Shown here piece by piece: positions 30,731-39,867 of a DNA stretch of 64,000 nt (its first letter is position 1; the number at the start of each line of letters is the position of its first letter). A program made the translations under genes and the position numbers. Origin of the DNA: Acidimicrobiales bacterium (GTDB lineage: Bacteria; Actinomycetota; Acidimicrobiia; Acidimicrobiales; Bin134); contig OZ242356.1 of the NCBI GenBank assembly GCA_965208785.1, forward strand, positions 1,538,929-1,602,928, read 5' to 3'. The notes beneath the pieces were generated by a model. It was given only the letters and a program-made list of their open reading frames with translations. It had not been told where the DNA came from and made no database searches.

Positions 30731-32302
30731 ATGAACCGTGCCCCCGCCAATCCGTATCTAGCCGACTCCTCCTACGCCATTGCCCATGGGCGGTGCGACC
30801 AGCAGGACAATGTGCCCTGGCGGGGGCCAGAGGGCCCCACTGAGGTGCTCGATGAGGTGCTTGACCTCCAGTACGCCTGGCTCGGCCCCTGCCATTTCGG
30901 CCACCTGACGTCGGGGCCCTATCCCGACGGCCGAAGGGTGGTGTGGAGCAACGGGCGCCAGAACATCGCCAAGCTCGACTACGACACCCTCGAGGTGCTG
31001 GCCGACCACGAGATCGTGGGTGGGGAAGGTCGCACTCCCATCGAAGAGTTGGAGGTCAATTTGCTCGGCCTCGACAAGAAGGACGGCTGGGATGCCGTCG
31101 AACACGCCATCGAGCTTTCGATGAAGTTCATGACCGGCATCGACGGGGTCTATGCGCTGCTGGATTGCGACCACACCCTGTTCCTGGGCCGCAAAGACCA
31201 CGCGGTGGCCTACGTGGAGACCGATCCCTCCGATCCGGCGTCGCCCATTGCGGAGCGGGACCGATGGAACAAGCCCGACCACATCGAGGGCTTCTTCGTG
31301 GGGATGAACATGACCTTCGACGGCAAGCTGGTGATGTCCACCGACCACGGCTGGATCGTGGTGCTCGAGCGCGACTTCAGCGCCTATCACGCCCTTCAGA
31401 TCGCCGGAGGCGCCGAGGTCGCCGCCGAGTACTGCGAGCGGCGGGCTGCGGAGCGGGGCAACACCGGCTACGGCTGGGTTCGCACCAGCATCTGCGTCGA
31501 CAGCGACAACGCCATCTACGTGTCGTCCAACGACCACCACCACAAGCTGCGCTGGACGGGCGCCGAGCTCACCGATGATCCTGCCCGCGGCTGCTGGACG
31601 GCGCCCTATCGCAACGGTGGCGGCTACGGCTCGGGCACCACGCCGTCGCTCATGGGCTTCGGCCCCGACGAGGACAAGTTCGTGGTTATCGGCGACGGCG
31701 ACGAGGTGGTGAACATCACCCTGCTGTGGCGCGACGAGATTCCCGAAGACTGGGAGCAGTTGCCCGACGCCCCCGACCGCCGCATCGCCGGCATCGGGCC
31801 GGCCAACATGGGCAATCCCGATCTGGCCGAGATCAAGACCGAGCAGTCGATCACCGTATCGGGATACGGGGCCATGACGGTGAACAACGAGCCGGCCTCG
31901 ATCCCCGACGGTTTTCCCGCTCAGGCGGCCCGGATGCTGTGCTTCATGCTCGGCCACAAGCCGGAGTACCAGCCCCGCGGCCTCCACAAATACGAGTGGG
32001 ATCCGGCGGCCCGGGAGCTGAAGCCGGCGTGGGTCAACCTCGACATCTCCTCCCCGAACTCGGTGCCCTTCGTGGCCGAGGAGAGCGGGCTGGTCTACAC
32101 CTGCGGGGTCCGCAATGGGCGCTGGACGATCGAGGCCGCCGACTGGGCCACCGGGGAGTCGCAGTTTCACTACGCACTGGGCGGCTCCAAGTTCAACACC
32201 ATCGGCGCGGGGGTGACGGTGGACGACGACGGCCGGCTGCTGTTCGGCTCGATGTACGGCAAGACCCGCATCCTGAGAGGTCCAGGGAAGACCCCGAGCT
32301 GA
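30731..32302 (+). CDS. Hypothetical 523-aa protein, no signal peptide, no family recognised
   Basis: Long ORF whose antisense partner (30758-32671) is compositionally implausible. Coding is supported by ORF length and amino-acid composition only. Confidence 0.55.
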   Translation: MNRAPANPYLADSSYAIAHGRCDQQDNVPWRGPEGPTEVLDEVLDLQYAWLGPCHFGHLTSGPYPDGRRVVWSNGRQNIAKLDYDTLEVLADHEIVGGEGRTPIEELEVNLLGLDKKDGWDAVEHAIELSMKFMTGIDGVYALLDCDHTLFLGRKDHAVAYVETDPSDPASPIAERDRWNKPDHIEGFFVGMNMTFDGKLVMSTDHGWIVVLERDFSAYHALQIAGGAEVAAEYCERRAAERGNTGYGWVRTSICVDSDNAIYVSSNDHHHKLRWTGAELTDDPARGCWTAPYRNGGGYGSGTTPSLMGFGPDEDKFVVIGDGDEVVNITLLWRDEIPEDWEQLPDAPDRRIAGIGPANMGNPDLAEIKTEQSITVSGYGAMTVNNEPASIPDGFPAQAARMLCFMLGHKPEYQPRGLHKYEWDPAARELKPAWVNLDISSPNSVPFVAEESGLVYTCGVRNGRWTIEAADWATGESQFHYALGGSKFNTIGAGVTVDDDGRLLFGSMYGKTRILRGPGKTPS

Positions 32303-32326
32303 GAGCACCCCGCTATCGTCCACATC

Positions 32327-33343
32327 ATGGCAACGGTGTTGGTGACCGGGGGAGCGGGCTACATCGGAAGCCACACGTGTGTCGCCCTCTTGGAAGCCGG
32401 CTGGGAGGTTGCCGTTCTGGACAGCTTGGAGAACTCTTCGAGTGCCGCGGTCGAAGCCGTCGCCGAAATCGCCGGCCGCGGCGTTCGCCTCGATGTGGGC
32501 GATTGCCGGGACGAGTCCGCCGTGGAGAAGGTGATCGCCGAGGTGGACCCCGACGCGGTGCTGCACTTCGCGGGTCTCAAGTCGGTGCCCGACTCGGTGG
32601 CTGATCCCCTCCGGTATTACCGCCACAATCTGGAGTCTGCCGCCGTGCTCTTGGCGGCGATGGAGCGCCATGGAGTGCGCCGCATCGTGTTCTCCTCATC
32701 GGCCACGGTCTACGGGCTTCCCGATGAGCTGCCGGTGTCAGAAGCGGCGAAAACCCGACCGGCCAACCCCTACGGATGGACCAAGCTGATGATCGAGCAG
32801 ATGATCGCCGACGTGGTTCGCTCTGACCCTCGCTGGTCGGCATCGCTGCTCCGCTATTTCAACCCCGTGGGCGCCCATCCGAGCGGATTGATCGGAGAAG
32901 ACCCCGAAGGGGTGCCTGGGAATCTGATGCCCTACCTGCTTCAAGTGGCGGTGGGCCGCCGTCCAATGCTGCCGTTATACGGCACCGACTATCCCACTCC
33001 CGACGGCACCGCGTTGCGGGACTACATCCATGTGATGGATTTGGCCGAAGGCCACCTGGCTGCCCTGGAAGCCCTGGAGTCGTCAACCGGGCAGGTTCAC
33101 ATCTGCAACTTGGGCACCGGCCGGGCCGCCTCGGTGCGAGAAGTGATCGCGGCAATGCGGGAGGCCACCGGCCATCTGTTGCCGTGCGAGGAGCTCGAGC
33201 GGCGCCCCGGCGACGTCCCCGAGCTGTGGGCTGATCCCAGCAGGGCCCGCTCCGAGTTGGGATGGTCGACCACCCGGACGCTGGCTGAGATGTGTCGAGA
33301 CGGCTGGGCCTGGCAGTCGAAGAATCCGCAGGGCTTTGGCTAG
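32327..33343 (+). CDS. galE: UDP-glucose 4-epimerase
   Basis: VTGGAGYIGSH Rossmann motif and the YGWTK (YxxxK) catalytic motif. 338 aa. Confidence 0.9.
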   Translation: MATVLVTGGAGYIGSHTCVALLEAGWEVAVLDSLENSSSAAVEAVAEIAGRGVRLDVGDCRDESAVEKVIAEVDPDAVLHFAGLKSVPDSVADPLRYYRHNLESAAVLLAAMERHGVRRIVFSSSATVYGLPDELPVSEAAKTRPANPYGWTKLMIEQMIADVVRSDPRWSASLLRYFNPVGAHPSGLIGEDPEGVPGNLMPYLLQVAVGRRPMLPLYGTDYPTPDGTALRDYIHVMDLAEGHLAALEALESSTGQVHICNLGTGRAASVREVIAAMREATGHLLPCEELERRPGDVPELWADPSRARSELGWSTTRTLAEMCRDGWAWQSKNPQGFG

Positions 33344-34998
33344 AGCATCGCCTTGATGCCCAAGGCGGCGTAATCCTGGTCCTCGAAGTTCTGGCGGAAC
33401 AGGTCGCGCAGTCGGACCGCAGCCTGGTCATAGGCTTCGGGATCGCTCCAGGTGTTGCGGGGGTTGAGCACCTCGTCGGGAACGCCGGGGCACGACTCGG
33501 GTATCCTCAGCCCCAGAATGGGGAGCCCGACGGTGTCGGCGGTGTCGAAGTAGCCGCTGAGGGCGGCGTCGAGCAGCGCACGAGTGTGGGCGATGGACAT
33601 CCGGGCGCCCACTCCGTAGGGGCCTCCCGACCAGCCGGTGTTCAGCAGGATGCACCGGGCCGAGTGGGCGTCCATGCGACTGGCTAGGAGCTCGGCATAC
33701 ACCGATGGCCTGTGCGACATGAACGGCGCGCCGAAACAGGCGCTGAACGTGGCCTGCGGCTCCACCACGCCCACCTCGGTGCCGGCCAGCTTGGCGGTGA
33801 AGCCCATCACGAAGTGGTACATCACCTCGTCGCGGTCGAGGATCGACACCGGGGGCAGCACACCGAAGGCATCGGCGGTCAACAGCACGATCGTGCTGGG
33901 GTGAGGCCCTCTGGCGCCGGGCGCCAAATGGGGGTTGCAGGAGAGAGGATAGGCGAAGCGGGTGTTCTCGGTGATGGAGTTGTCGGCGAGGTCGAGCTCT
34001 TGGGGGTCGGTGTCGGCCAGGTTCCTGCCGGCCAGGGCGGGGACGTTCTCGATGAGGGTGCCCTTCTTCGACAGGGCCGCGGCGATGATCGGCTCGGCGC
34101 TCTTGTCCAGGTCGATGAGCTTGGCGTAGCAGCCGTCCTCGAAGTTGGCGATCCCCGACTCGGTCCACACGTGCTCGTCGTCTCCGATCAGGCTGCGGTC
34201 GGGATCGGCCGACAGGGTGGTCTTCCCGGTGCCGGACAGGCCGAACAAGATGGCGCTGTTGCCGTAGTCGTCCACGTTGGCCGAGCAGTGCATGGTGAGC
34301 TGCTTGGCGTCGGGCAGAACGAAGTTCATCACGGTGAACATGGTCTTCTTCACCACGCCGCAGTAGTCGGCCCGCCCGAGCACCAGCCCCAGCCGGTTGC
34401 GCAGGTCCATGATGACGGCCCGGTCGGTGCGAGTGCCGTCGCGGTCGGGGTCGCACCGGAAGCTGGGCGCGTTGATCATGGTCCAGCCGACGGACTCGCG
34501 GTCGGCGTCGTCGCGCACCCGTTTGGGGAACATGATGTTGGCGAAGTAGGCGTGGGTGGCGTACTCGCTGACCAGCCGATAGGGGATGGCGAACTCCGGG
34601 TCCCAGCCGCAGAACACATCGGCGGTGTACAGCGTGGCCTGCCGCTCATTCAGATGGGCCAGCACCCTCTCCAAGAGTCCCGAGTAGTGGTCTCCGTCCA
34701 GCTTGCTGAAATCCGCCTTCCACCACACATCGTCCACCACCTCGGGCCAGGCCACGGCGAAAGTGTCCTGCACGGGCCGGCCGGTACACGTTGGATCGGA
34801 GTAGAAGATCAGCGGCCCTTCGGCGCCCAGCGCGGTGGCGAACGCCTTTTGGTCGTGCTCTCCGCCTTCGAGGCGGGTGCGGCCCCGGTCGCCCTCGATG
34901 GCGGCGGCGAACAGCTCGTCTTGGGTCAGCCCGGCCCGGACGTCCACCGAGTCCAAGCCGAAGCGGATGCGAAGCTGGTCGGCGACCGAGCGGCTCAC
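33340..34998 (-). CDS. pckA: Phosphoenolpyruvate carboxykinase (ATP)
   Basis: FGLSGTGKTTLS kinase-1a motif and IGDDEH. 553 aa from GTG 34998, which overlaps the upstream small ORF's stop (GTGA). The track ORF extends spuriously to 35400. Confidence 0.9.
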   Translation of the reverse strand: MSRSVADQLRIRFGLDSVDVRAGLTQDELFAAAIEGDRGRTRLEGGEHDQKAFATALGAEGPLIFYSDPTCTGRPVQDTFAVAWPEVVDDVWWKADFSKLDGDHYSGLLERVLAHLNERQATLYTADVFCGWDPEFAIPYRLVSEYATHAYFANIMFPKRVRDDADRESVGWTMINAPSFRCDPDRDGTRTDRAVIMDLRNRLGLVLGRADYCGVVKKTMFTVMNFVLPDAKQLTMHCSANVDDYGNSAILFGLSGTGKTTLSADPDRSLIGDDEHVWTESGIANFEDGCYAKLIDLDKSAEPIIAAALSKKGTLIENVPALAGRNLADTDPQELDLADNSITENTRFAYPLSCNPHLAPGARGPHPSTIVLLTADAFGVLPPVSILDRDEVMYHFVMGFTAKLAGTEVGVVEPQATFSACFGAPFMSHRPSVYAELLASRMDAHSARCILLNTGWSGGPYGVGARMSIAHTRALLDAALSGYFDTADTVGLPILGLRIPESCPGVPDEVLNPRNTWSDPEAYDQAAVRLRDLFRQNFEDQDYAALGIKAML

Positions 34999-35243
34999 GC
35001 GGGCTCCGAATCGCCGGCGGCGGTGAGAAACGATGGGGTGCCCATGTCCACCTCTGACCCCAACCGCAACCGGGTGGCCTGCCCTGCCGCGAGGTCGAAC
35101 AGCACCCGCTGGCCCTGGCGCAGCATCCGGAACACCGACCCTTCCAGCGCATCGGGTGCCAGATCGAATTCGGCCAGATCGGTGTCTCGCACGACAACGC
35201 CGAGGCCGGTCGCGGGATCGTACGCCTTGATCACACCCTGCAC
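34995..35243 (-). CDS. Small cold-shock-domain-like (OB-fold) protein
   Basis: 82 aa. MQGVIKAYDPATGLGVVVRD...LRQGQRVLFDL resembles the CSD pattern G.VKw....GfGFI...L..Gq.V.F. It is translationally coupled to pckA. Confidence 0.5.
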   Translation of the reverse strand: MQGVIKAYDPATGLGVVVRDTDLAEFDLAPDALEGSVFRMLRQGQRVLFDLAAGQATRLRLGSEVDMGTPSFLTAAGDSEPA

Positions 35244-35487
35244 GGGGACTCTTTCTGCCGGTGACCGGGGATAAGAGGGAGGGTAACGGCTGTTCTAGAC
35301 GGCTCGCGAGTCGGGGAGCACTTCCTGGCCGCCTGCTGACGCTTCGCTCGCTGGGTCTTCGGATCCCGTTGGCAGCGACCCGCCAAGTGGGTGGATCCAT
35401 TTCGGGATTCCCAGAACTTACCGCAGTAGGAAGTGTTGACGGACGGCAAGCTCTACCGGTGTTCTCACCGGCTTCCGCCGCCGTCTG

Positions 35488-36171
35488 GTGGCCCTGCTGG
35501 CTCTGGCGGTGCTCGCCGCGGGCCTATGGGTGGCGATGCCGGGCGCGTCGGCTCACGAGCCGGTGACCGAGACCTACCAGGAGCGGGTGGCGCCGTACAC
35601 CGAGTCCTACACGGTGCCGGTGCAGGTGGGCACTGATGCCTACCAGGTGCGAGTGGCCCCGTACACCGCCAGCCACACCTACTACACGACTGAGACCAGA
35701 ACTACCTGTGCCTATTTCGGGTGCGTCACGCTCGATGTCAGCGTTCCCCACACCGTGACCTGGCAGGTGTACAACTATGAGACCCGCACCCGCCCGGTGT
35801 ATGAGACCCAGACCCGCACCCGCGAGGTCTTCAACTACGAGACCCGCACACGCACCGTCCACGATCCCCACTACGAACCGCCGCCCTACCCAGAACCCTG
35901 CTGCCTCACCCCGGCCCCGCCAGTGGAACCGGGACCAGGCGACGGGGACGGGAACACCGGCGACGGGCTCTTCAACAAGGTGATCGAATCGATAGTCAAT
36001 GCCGCCGTGACTCTCTACACGGAGAGCCCCAATGTGATGACCGGCTACCAGGACAACTGTAGCCCGATGACCGGTCCCACCCTGGGTGCCATCGCTGACC
36101 AGACCCCGATTCCCGGCGCATCGGACGGGACCGACTACCTGGTCAACCACTACCAGGGCAACTACTGCTGA
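35488..36171 (+). CDS. Secreted repeat protein, function unknown
   Basis: Signal-like N-terminus (LLALAVLAAGLWVAMPGASA-HEP). Internal repeats are YQ.RVAPYT (x2) and (V/F)(Y/F)NYETRTR.V (x3). A Pro-rich linker is followed by a Cys-containing C-terminal domain. Confidence 0.55.
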   Translation: MALLALAVLAAGLWVAMPGASAHEPVTETYQERVAPYTESYTVPVQVGTDAYQVRVAPYTASHTYYTTETRTTCAYFGCVTLDVSVPHTVTWQVYNYETRTRPVYETQTRTREVFNYETRTRTVHDPHYEPPPYPEPCCLTPAPPVEPGPGDGDGNTGDGLFNKVIESIVNAAVTLYTESPNVMTGYQDNCSPMTGPTLGAIADQTPIPGASDGTDYLVNHYQGNYC

Positions 36172-36231
36172 CCCTATACTGGGGCGATGTGACGATCAGC
36201 GACCAAGCGGGAGCTGGGGGCGTGCATCTTC

Positions 36232-36399
36232 ATGCTGGGTCCGGGGAGCATCGGGTTCTGGCTCGTGGTGCCCCTGCTCGACGCCCCCTGGCAGCAGTTG
36301 GCCGGGACCGCCTTCATGCTGCTGGCCCTTGCCGGGGCGGCGGCGTTCATCTGGCCCAAGCTGACGCTGAGGGCCATCCGGCGCACACTGGCGCGCTGA
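36232..36399 (+). CDS. Small two-helix membrane protein (55 aa; below the track's length cut-off)
   Basis: My own translation: MLGPGSIGFWLVVPLLDAPWQQLAGTAFMLLALAGAAAFIWPKLTLRAIRRTLAR. Its topology and basic tail resemble the three ORFs downstream. Confidence 0.35.
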   Translation: MLGPGSIGFWLVVPLLDAPWQQLAGTAFMLLALAGAAAFIWPKLTLRAIRRTLAR

Positions 36400-36548
36400 G
36401 CGAAGCACCGAGCCGGCCGGAGGGGGCTCCACGCCTTCTCCTACCGGGCCGGGCGCGGGCATCGTCATTTGGGCGGGCTGCACGGCAACCGGGTAGGCGT
36501 CCGGGCCGATCAATGGGGCAGCCGCCTGCCGAGGGGTAGGATCCGAGC

Positions 36549-36782
36549 ATGAAGGTGATTCTGCGCGGGGTGCTGCTGGGGCCGCTGCTGTCGGGGGCAT
36601 TCGAGGATGACCCGCGGATCAGGGAGGCCACGGCACTGGCGTACATCTTCGCCGGGGCGGCAGCCCACCTGATCGTTTGGGCTGCGGGGCTGCCCTTCCT
36701 ACTCGGCTGGGCGTTCCTGCCGCCCCTCTACTGCCTGCTGCACGGTGTCTGGCTCTGGCGGGAAAGCCGCACGGCCAGCTAG
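36549..36782 (+). CDS. Small two-helix membrane protein
   Basis: 77 aa with two hydrophobic segments (AYIFAGAAAHLIVWAAGLPFLLGWAFLPPLYCLL). Confidence 0.45.
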   Translation: MKVILRGVLLGPLLSGAFEDDPRIREATALAYIFAGAAAHLIVWAAGLPFLLGWAFLPPLYCLLHGVWLWRESRTAS

Positions 36783-36923
36783 TCAGCGCGGCGGCGGGCG
36801 TATCGGCGGCGAGCGGCGGCGCCGCTGCTGACACCGCTGCCGACAACGACAGTGCGGTGTTTACAGGTGTCGGTGCATCGGCAGGCGGTATTGCAGGCTC
36901 TGAGACTGTAGAAGTAGTCCAGG

Positions 36924-37136
36924 ATGCGGCAGGTTGTTGAGAGGATGAAGAACTGGGCCGGAACGAGAAGGACTTGGACTGCGTTCCTAGTCGTGGGGCC
37001 GGCGACCGCTATAGTCTGGGCGCTGGCAGAGCCATCTTTCTCTGGCTTCTGGGTTGCCTTGGGTATCGTGGGCGCTGCGGCAGTCTATGCGTTCGCCCGG
37101 CGTTTGTTCAGGCCAGCGGCGACCGAAGTTCACTGA
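36924..37136 (+). CDS. Small two-helix membrane protein
   Basis: 70 aa. TAFLVVGPATAIVWAL...GFWVALGIVGAAAVYAFARRLFRP. Alternative ATG at 36945. Confidence 0.45.
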   Translation: MRQVVERMKNWAGTRRTWTAFLVVGPATAIVWALAEPSFSGFWVALGIVGAAAVYAFARRLFRPAATEVH

Positions 37137-37154
37137 TTCCCGAACTGAAGTAAT

Positions 37155-37451
37155 TTGTCAGAGTGGATCAGAGTGAGATCTGAAGTTGAATGGGGTGACA
37201 GCACCCCGCCGAAAGTGCCCCGCTCTGTTTTGACTGTTTCATTGCTGGGGGCAGTCATTCTCGGTGTAAGTGGTTATGCCCTGGAGCAGTTTGCGGGCGT
37301 TCACTGGGTCGTTGTCATGCTCACCGGAGGAGCTCTCATTTATGCGGCGGGATGGCCCCTCACTCGGTTGCTGTATCGCGCGTTGGCTCGAAGCGAGGAG
37401 AGCCGTCGCGCCGTATTGAGGTACAAGCACGGGACACGCCGCTCCGTGTGA
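37155..37451 (+). CDS. Small two-helix membrane protein with basic tail
   Basis: 98 aa. VLTVSLLGAVILGVSGYAL...VHWVVVMLTGGALIYAAGWPLTRLLYRALAR. The local sequence is lower in GC. Confidence 0.45.
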   Translation: MSEWIRVRSEVEWGDSTPPKVPRSVLTVSLLGAVILGVSGYALEQFAGVHWVVVMLTGGALIYAAGWPLTRLLYRALARSEESRRAVLRYKHGTRRSV

Positions 37452-37472
37452 CATTCATGCTACATTTGTGGC

Positions 37473-37760
37473 ATGGGTAGGCAGCGGGTGAGCACGACGG
37501 TGGACAACGACTTGTTGGGTCGGGCGCGCCGTCTTGAGGAATGGCCGAATGACGCGGCGATGATGGATGCCGCGCTAGATGCTCTGGTTGGCCGGTATCG
37601 CGAAGCGGAGATCGACGCCGCGTACGAGGCGTACGATCGCTGTCCTCTTGATGAGCGGGATGAGTGGGGGGATTTGGCGTCCTTTCACGAGGCAAACCTC
37701 CTTCACCGCCAGGAGTTGTGGGCGGAAAACAGAGCACAGCTTGAGCCGAGCGCCGAATAG
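37473..37760 (+). CDS. mazE: Type II antitoxin (RHH/MazE-VapB-like) cognate to the downstream MazF
   Basis: The N-terminal VSTTVDNDLLGRARRL pattern is typical of small RHH-type antitoxins. The stop lies 2 nt before the mazF start. Confidence 0.6.
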   Translation: MGRQRVSTTVDNDLLGRARRLEEWPNDAAMMDAALDALVGRYREAEIDAAYEAYDRCPLDERDEWGDLASFHEANLLHRQELWAENRAQLEPSAE

Positions 37761-37762
37761 CG

Positions 37763-38089
37763 ATGCTTGGTCGTGTCCGGCGGGGCGAGGTTTGGTGGTG
37801 GGAGTCTCCCCATGCCGGGCAGCGCCCGGTGGTCGTTCTGTCTCGCAATGCCGCGTTGGATCGATTGAAGACCGCGATTGTCGCACCGTGTACGACGACT
37901 ATTCGGGGGCTGCCTACCGAGGTTGTGCTTGAGCCCGGCGACGATCCGGTGCCGGCCGTGTCGGCGGTCAACCTGGATTCTGTAGAGAATGCTCCGCTCA
38001 GTTTGTTGGTTCAGCGACTGGGCCGGTTGAGCGACGAGCGCATGCGCCAGATCTGCGGCGCCCTGGAAATTGCCGTCGCTTGTCAATGA
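37763..38089 (+). CDS. mazF: MazF/PemK-family endoribonuclease toxin
   Basis: RGEVWWW...RPVVVLSRN...VAPCTTTIRGLPTEVVL...SAVNLDSV....LGRLS, the PemK/MazF pattern. 108 aa. Confidence 0.8.
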   Translation: MLGRVRRGEVWWWESPHAGQRPVVVLSRNAALDRLKTAIVAPCTTTIRGLPTEVVLEPGDDPVPAVSAVNLDSVENAPLSLLVQRLGRLSDERMRQICGALEIAVACQ

Positions 38090-38196
38090 ATCTCGCCTGC
38101 TGACAATTGCCCAGAGGGGTTCTGAGAAGCTGGCTCCGCGAGGAGGTGGTGTTCGATGACCGCCCGTCAGCGCAGTCCTAACTACCATCGCGGGGC

Positions 38197-39867
38197 ATGA
38201 CGGCAGACCGTCTGGGTGCTGATGGGCTGAGGGCCACGATGGAGTGGTTCCGAGACGCTTTGGCCCTGCATCGAGACGTCATCAACCAGCTCAACGTGTA
38301 TCCGGTTCCCGACGGCGACACCGGCACCAACATGGCGCTCACCTTGGAAACGGTGGTGGCCGAGGTGGCCGCCGCCGGGGATCAGATGAGCGAGGTGTGC
38401 GGCGCCATCAGCCACGGTTCGCTCATGGGTGCCCGGGGCAACTCCGGTGTGATCCTGTCGCAGATACTGCGGGGCTTGGCCGAGGCGGTGGCCACCGCCG
38501 GACATGTTGATCCGCCGGTTTTGGCCGGCGCGCTGAGGCAGGCGTCGGCGGCGGCCGACGAGTCGGTGTCGGCCCCGGTGGAGGGGACCATCCTGACCGT
38601 GGTGCGCGACGTGGCGACCGCGGCTGCGGAGGCGGTTGATCAGGGCGTGGACGGCCTCATCCAAATGGTGGAGGGATGCCAGCGGGCGGGGCGGGCCTCG
38701 CTGGAGCGCACGCCCGAGCTGCTGCCCCAGCTGGCCCGGGCCAACGTGGTGGACGCCGGGGGAGCGGGATTTCTGCTGTTCCTGGATGCGCTGGCCACCG
38801 CGATGGACGGTCGGCCGCTGCCCGACCCGCCTCCAGTGGACCCCACGGCGGGGGTGGGTGCAGCCGTAGCCGGGGCCGATGACCCCCACGGGGTGGATGA
38901 CGGCGCCGGCGGCACCCGCTATGAGGTGATGTTCTTCTTGGAGGCCGAAGACGGCCGGATCGGCGAATTCCGCTCTGTATGGGAGGCCCTGGGCGATTCC
39001 ATCGTGGTGGTGGGCGGCGACGGCCTGTGGAACTGCCACATCCACAGCAACGACATCGGCGGCAGCATCGAGGCGGGCATCGGCGTCGGTCGTCCATTCG
39101 ACATACGGGTGACCGACTTGTTCGAGCAGGTTGAGCATGTCGAGTCGCTGACAGAGTCGGCAACGGCAACCGATGCCGGCGGGACGGTGAGCGTGGTCCA
39201 GGGGGCGCCGGTCCGCACCGCGGTGGTGGCGGTGTCGGTGGGAGCGGGCGTGCGCCGCCTCTTCGAATCTCTGGGGGTGCGGGCCATCATTGCCGGAGGC
39301 CAGACCATGAACCCCTCCACCGAGCACTTCGTGCGGGCTGTTGAGCAGCTTGAAGCCGACGAGGTGGTGATCTTGCCCAACAACAAGAACATCGTGGCGG
39401 TGGCCGAACGGGTGGACGACTGCATCGAGGCCGCGGTGCGGGTGGTCCCCACGAGGGGGATCGCCGAGGGGCTGGCCGCGTTGATGGCCTACGACCCGTC
39501 GGCCGGCGCCGATCAGAACCAGTCGGCCATGGCTGAGGCCACCGAAGACGTGGGAACCGGCGAGGTCACCCAGGCGGTGCGCGACACCGAGAGCGAGTTG
39601 GGGCCCATAGTCGCCGGCCAGTGGCTGGGACTGGATCGCCAGGGGTTGCGGGCAGCAGCCGAAAGCGCAGTCGGGGCGGCCACCGCGCTCTTGGCCGAGC
39701 TCGTCGACGACAGCCGCGAGCTGGTCACGGTAATCGCCGGTGCTGATGCGACGACTGCCGATGTCGAAGAACTGCTCGCCTGGCTGGGCGAGCATCATCC
39801 CGCAGTCGAGACAGAGGTACACGAGGGAGGCCAACCCCTTTATCCGTTCTATTTCGGGGTGGAATGA
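38197..39867 (+). CDS. yloV: DAK2-domain fusion protein YloV
   Basis: The N-terminal Dak2-like motif VYPVPDGDTGTNM and its conserved position immediately upstream of recG. Confidence 0.9.
   Translation: MTADRLGADGLRATMEWFRDALALHRDVINQLNVYPVPDGDTGTNMALTLETVVAEVAAAGDQMSEVCGAISHGSLMGARGNSGVILSQILRGLAEAVATAGHVDPPVLAGALRQASAAADESVSAPVEGTILTVVRDVATAAAEAVDQGVDGLIQMVEGCQRAGRASLERTPELLPQLARANVVDAGGAGFLLFLDALATAMDGRPLPDPPPVDPTAGVGAAVAGADDPHGVDDGAGGTRYEVMFFLEAEDGRIGEFRSVWEALGDSIVVVGGDGLWNCHIHSNDIGGSIEAGIGVGRPFDIRVTDLFEQVEHVESLTESATATDAGGTVSVVQGAPVRTAVVAVSVGAGVRRLFESLGVRAIIAGGQTMNPSTEHFVRAVEQLEADEVVILPNNKNIVAVAERVDDCIEAAVRVVPTRGIAEGLAALMAYDPSAGADQNQSAMAEATEDVGTGEVTQAVRDTESELGPIVAGQWLGLDRQGLRAAAESAVGAATALLAELVDDSRELVTVIAGADATTADVEELLAWLGEHHPAVETEVHEGGQPLYPFYFGVE

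Noticed and set aside
35244-35487. The 244-nt divergent intergenic region upstream of the CSD-like/pckA operon, considered as a possible riboswitch or sRNA locus.
   Set aside because: No recognisable riboswitch core was seen. The region most likely holds divergent promoters, and nothing more can be supported from sequence alone.
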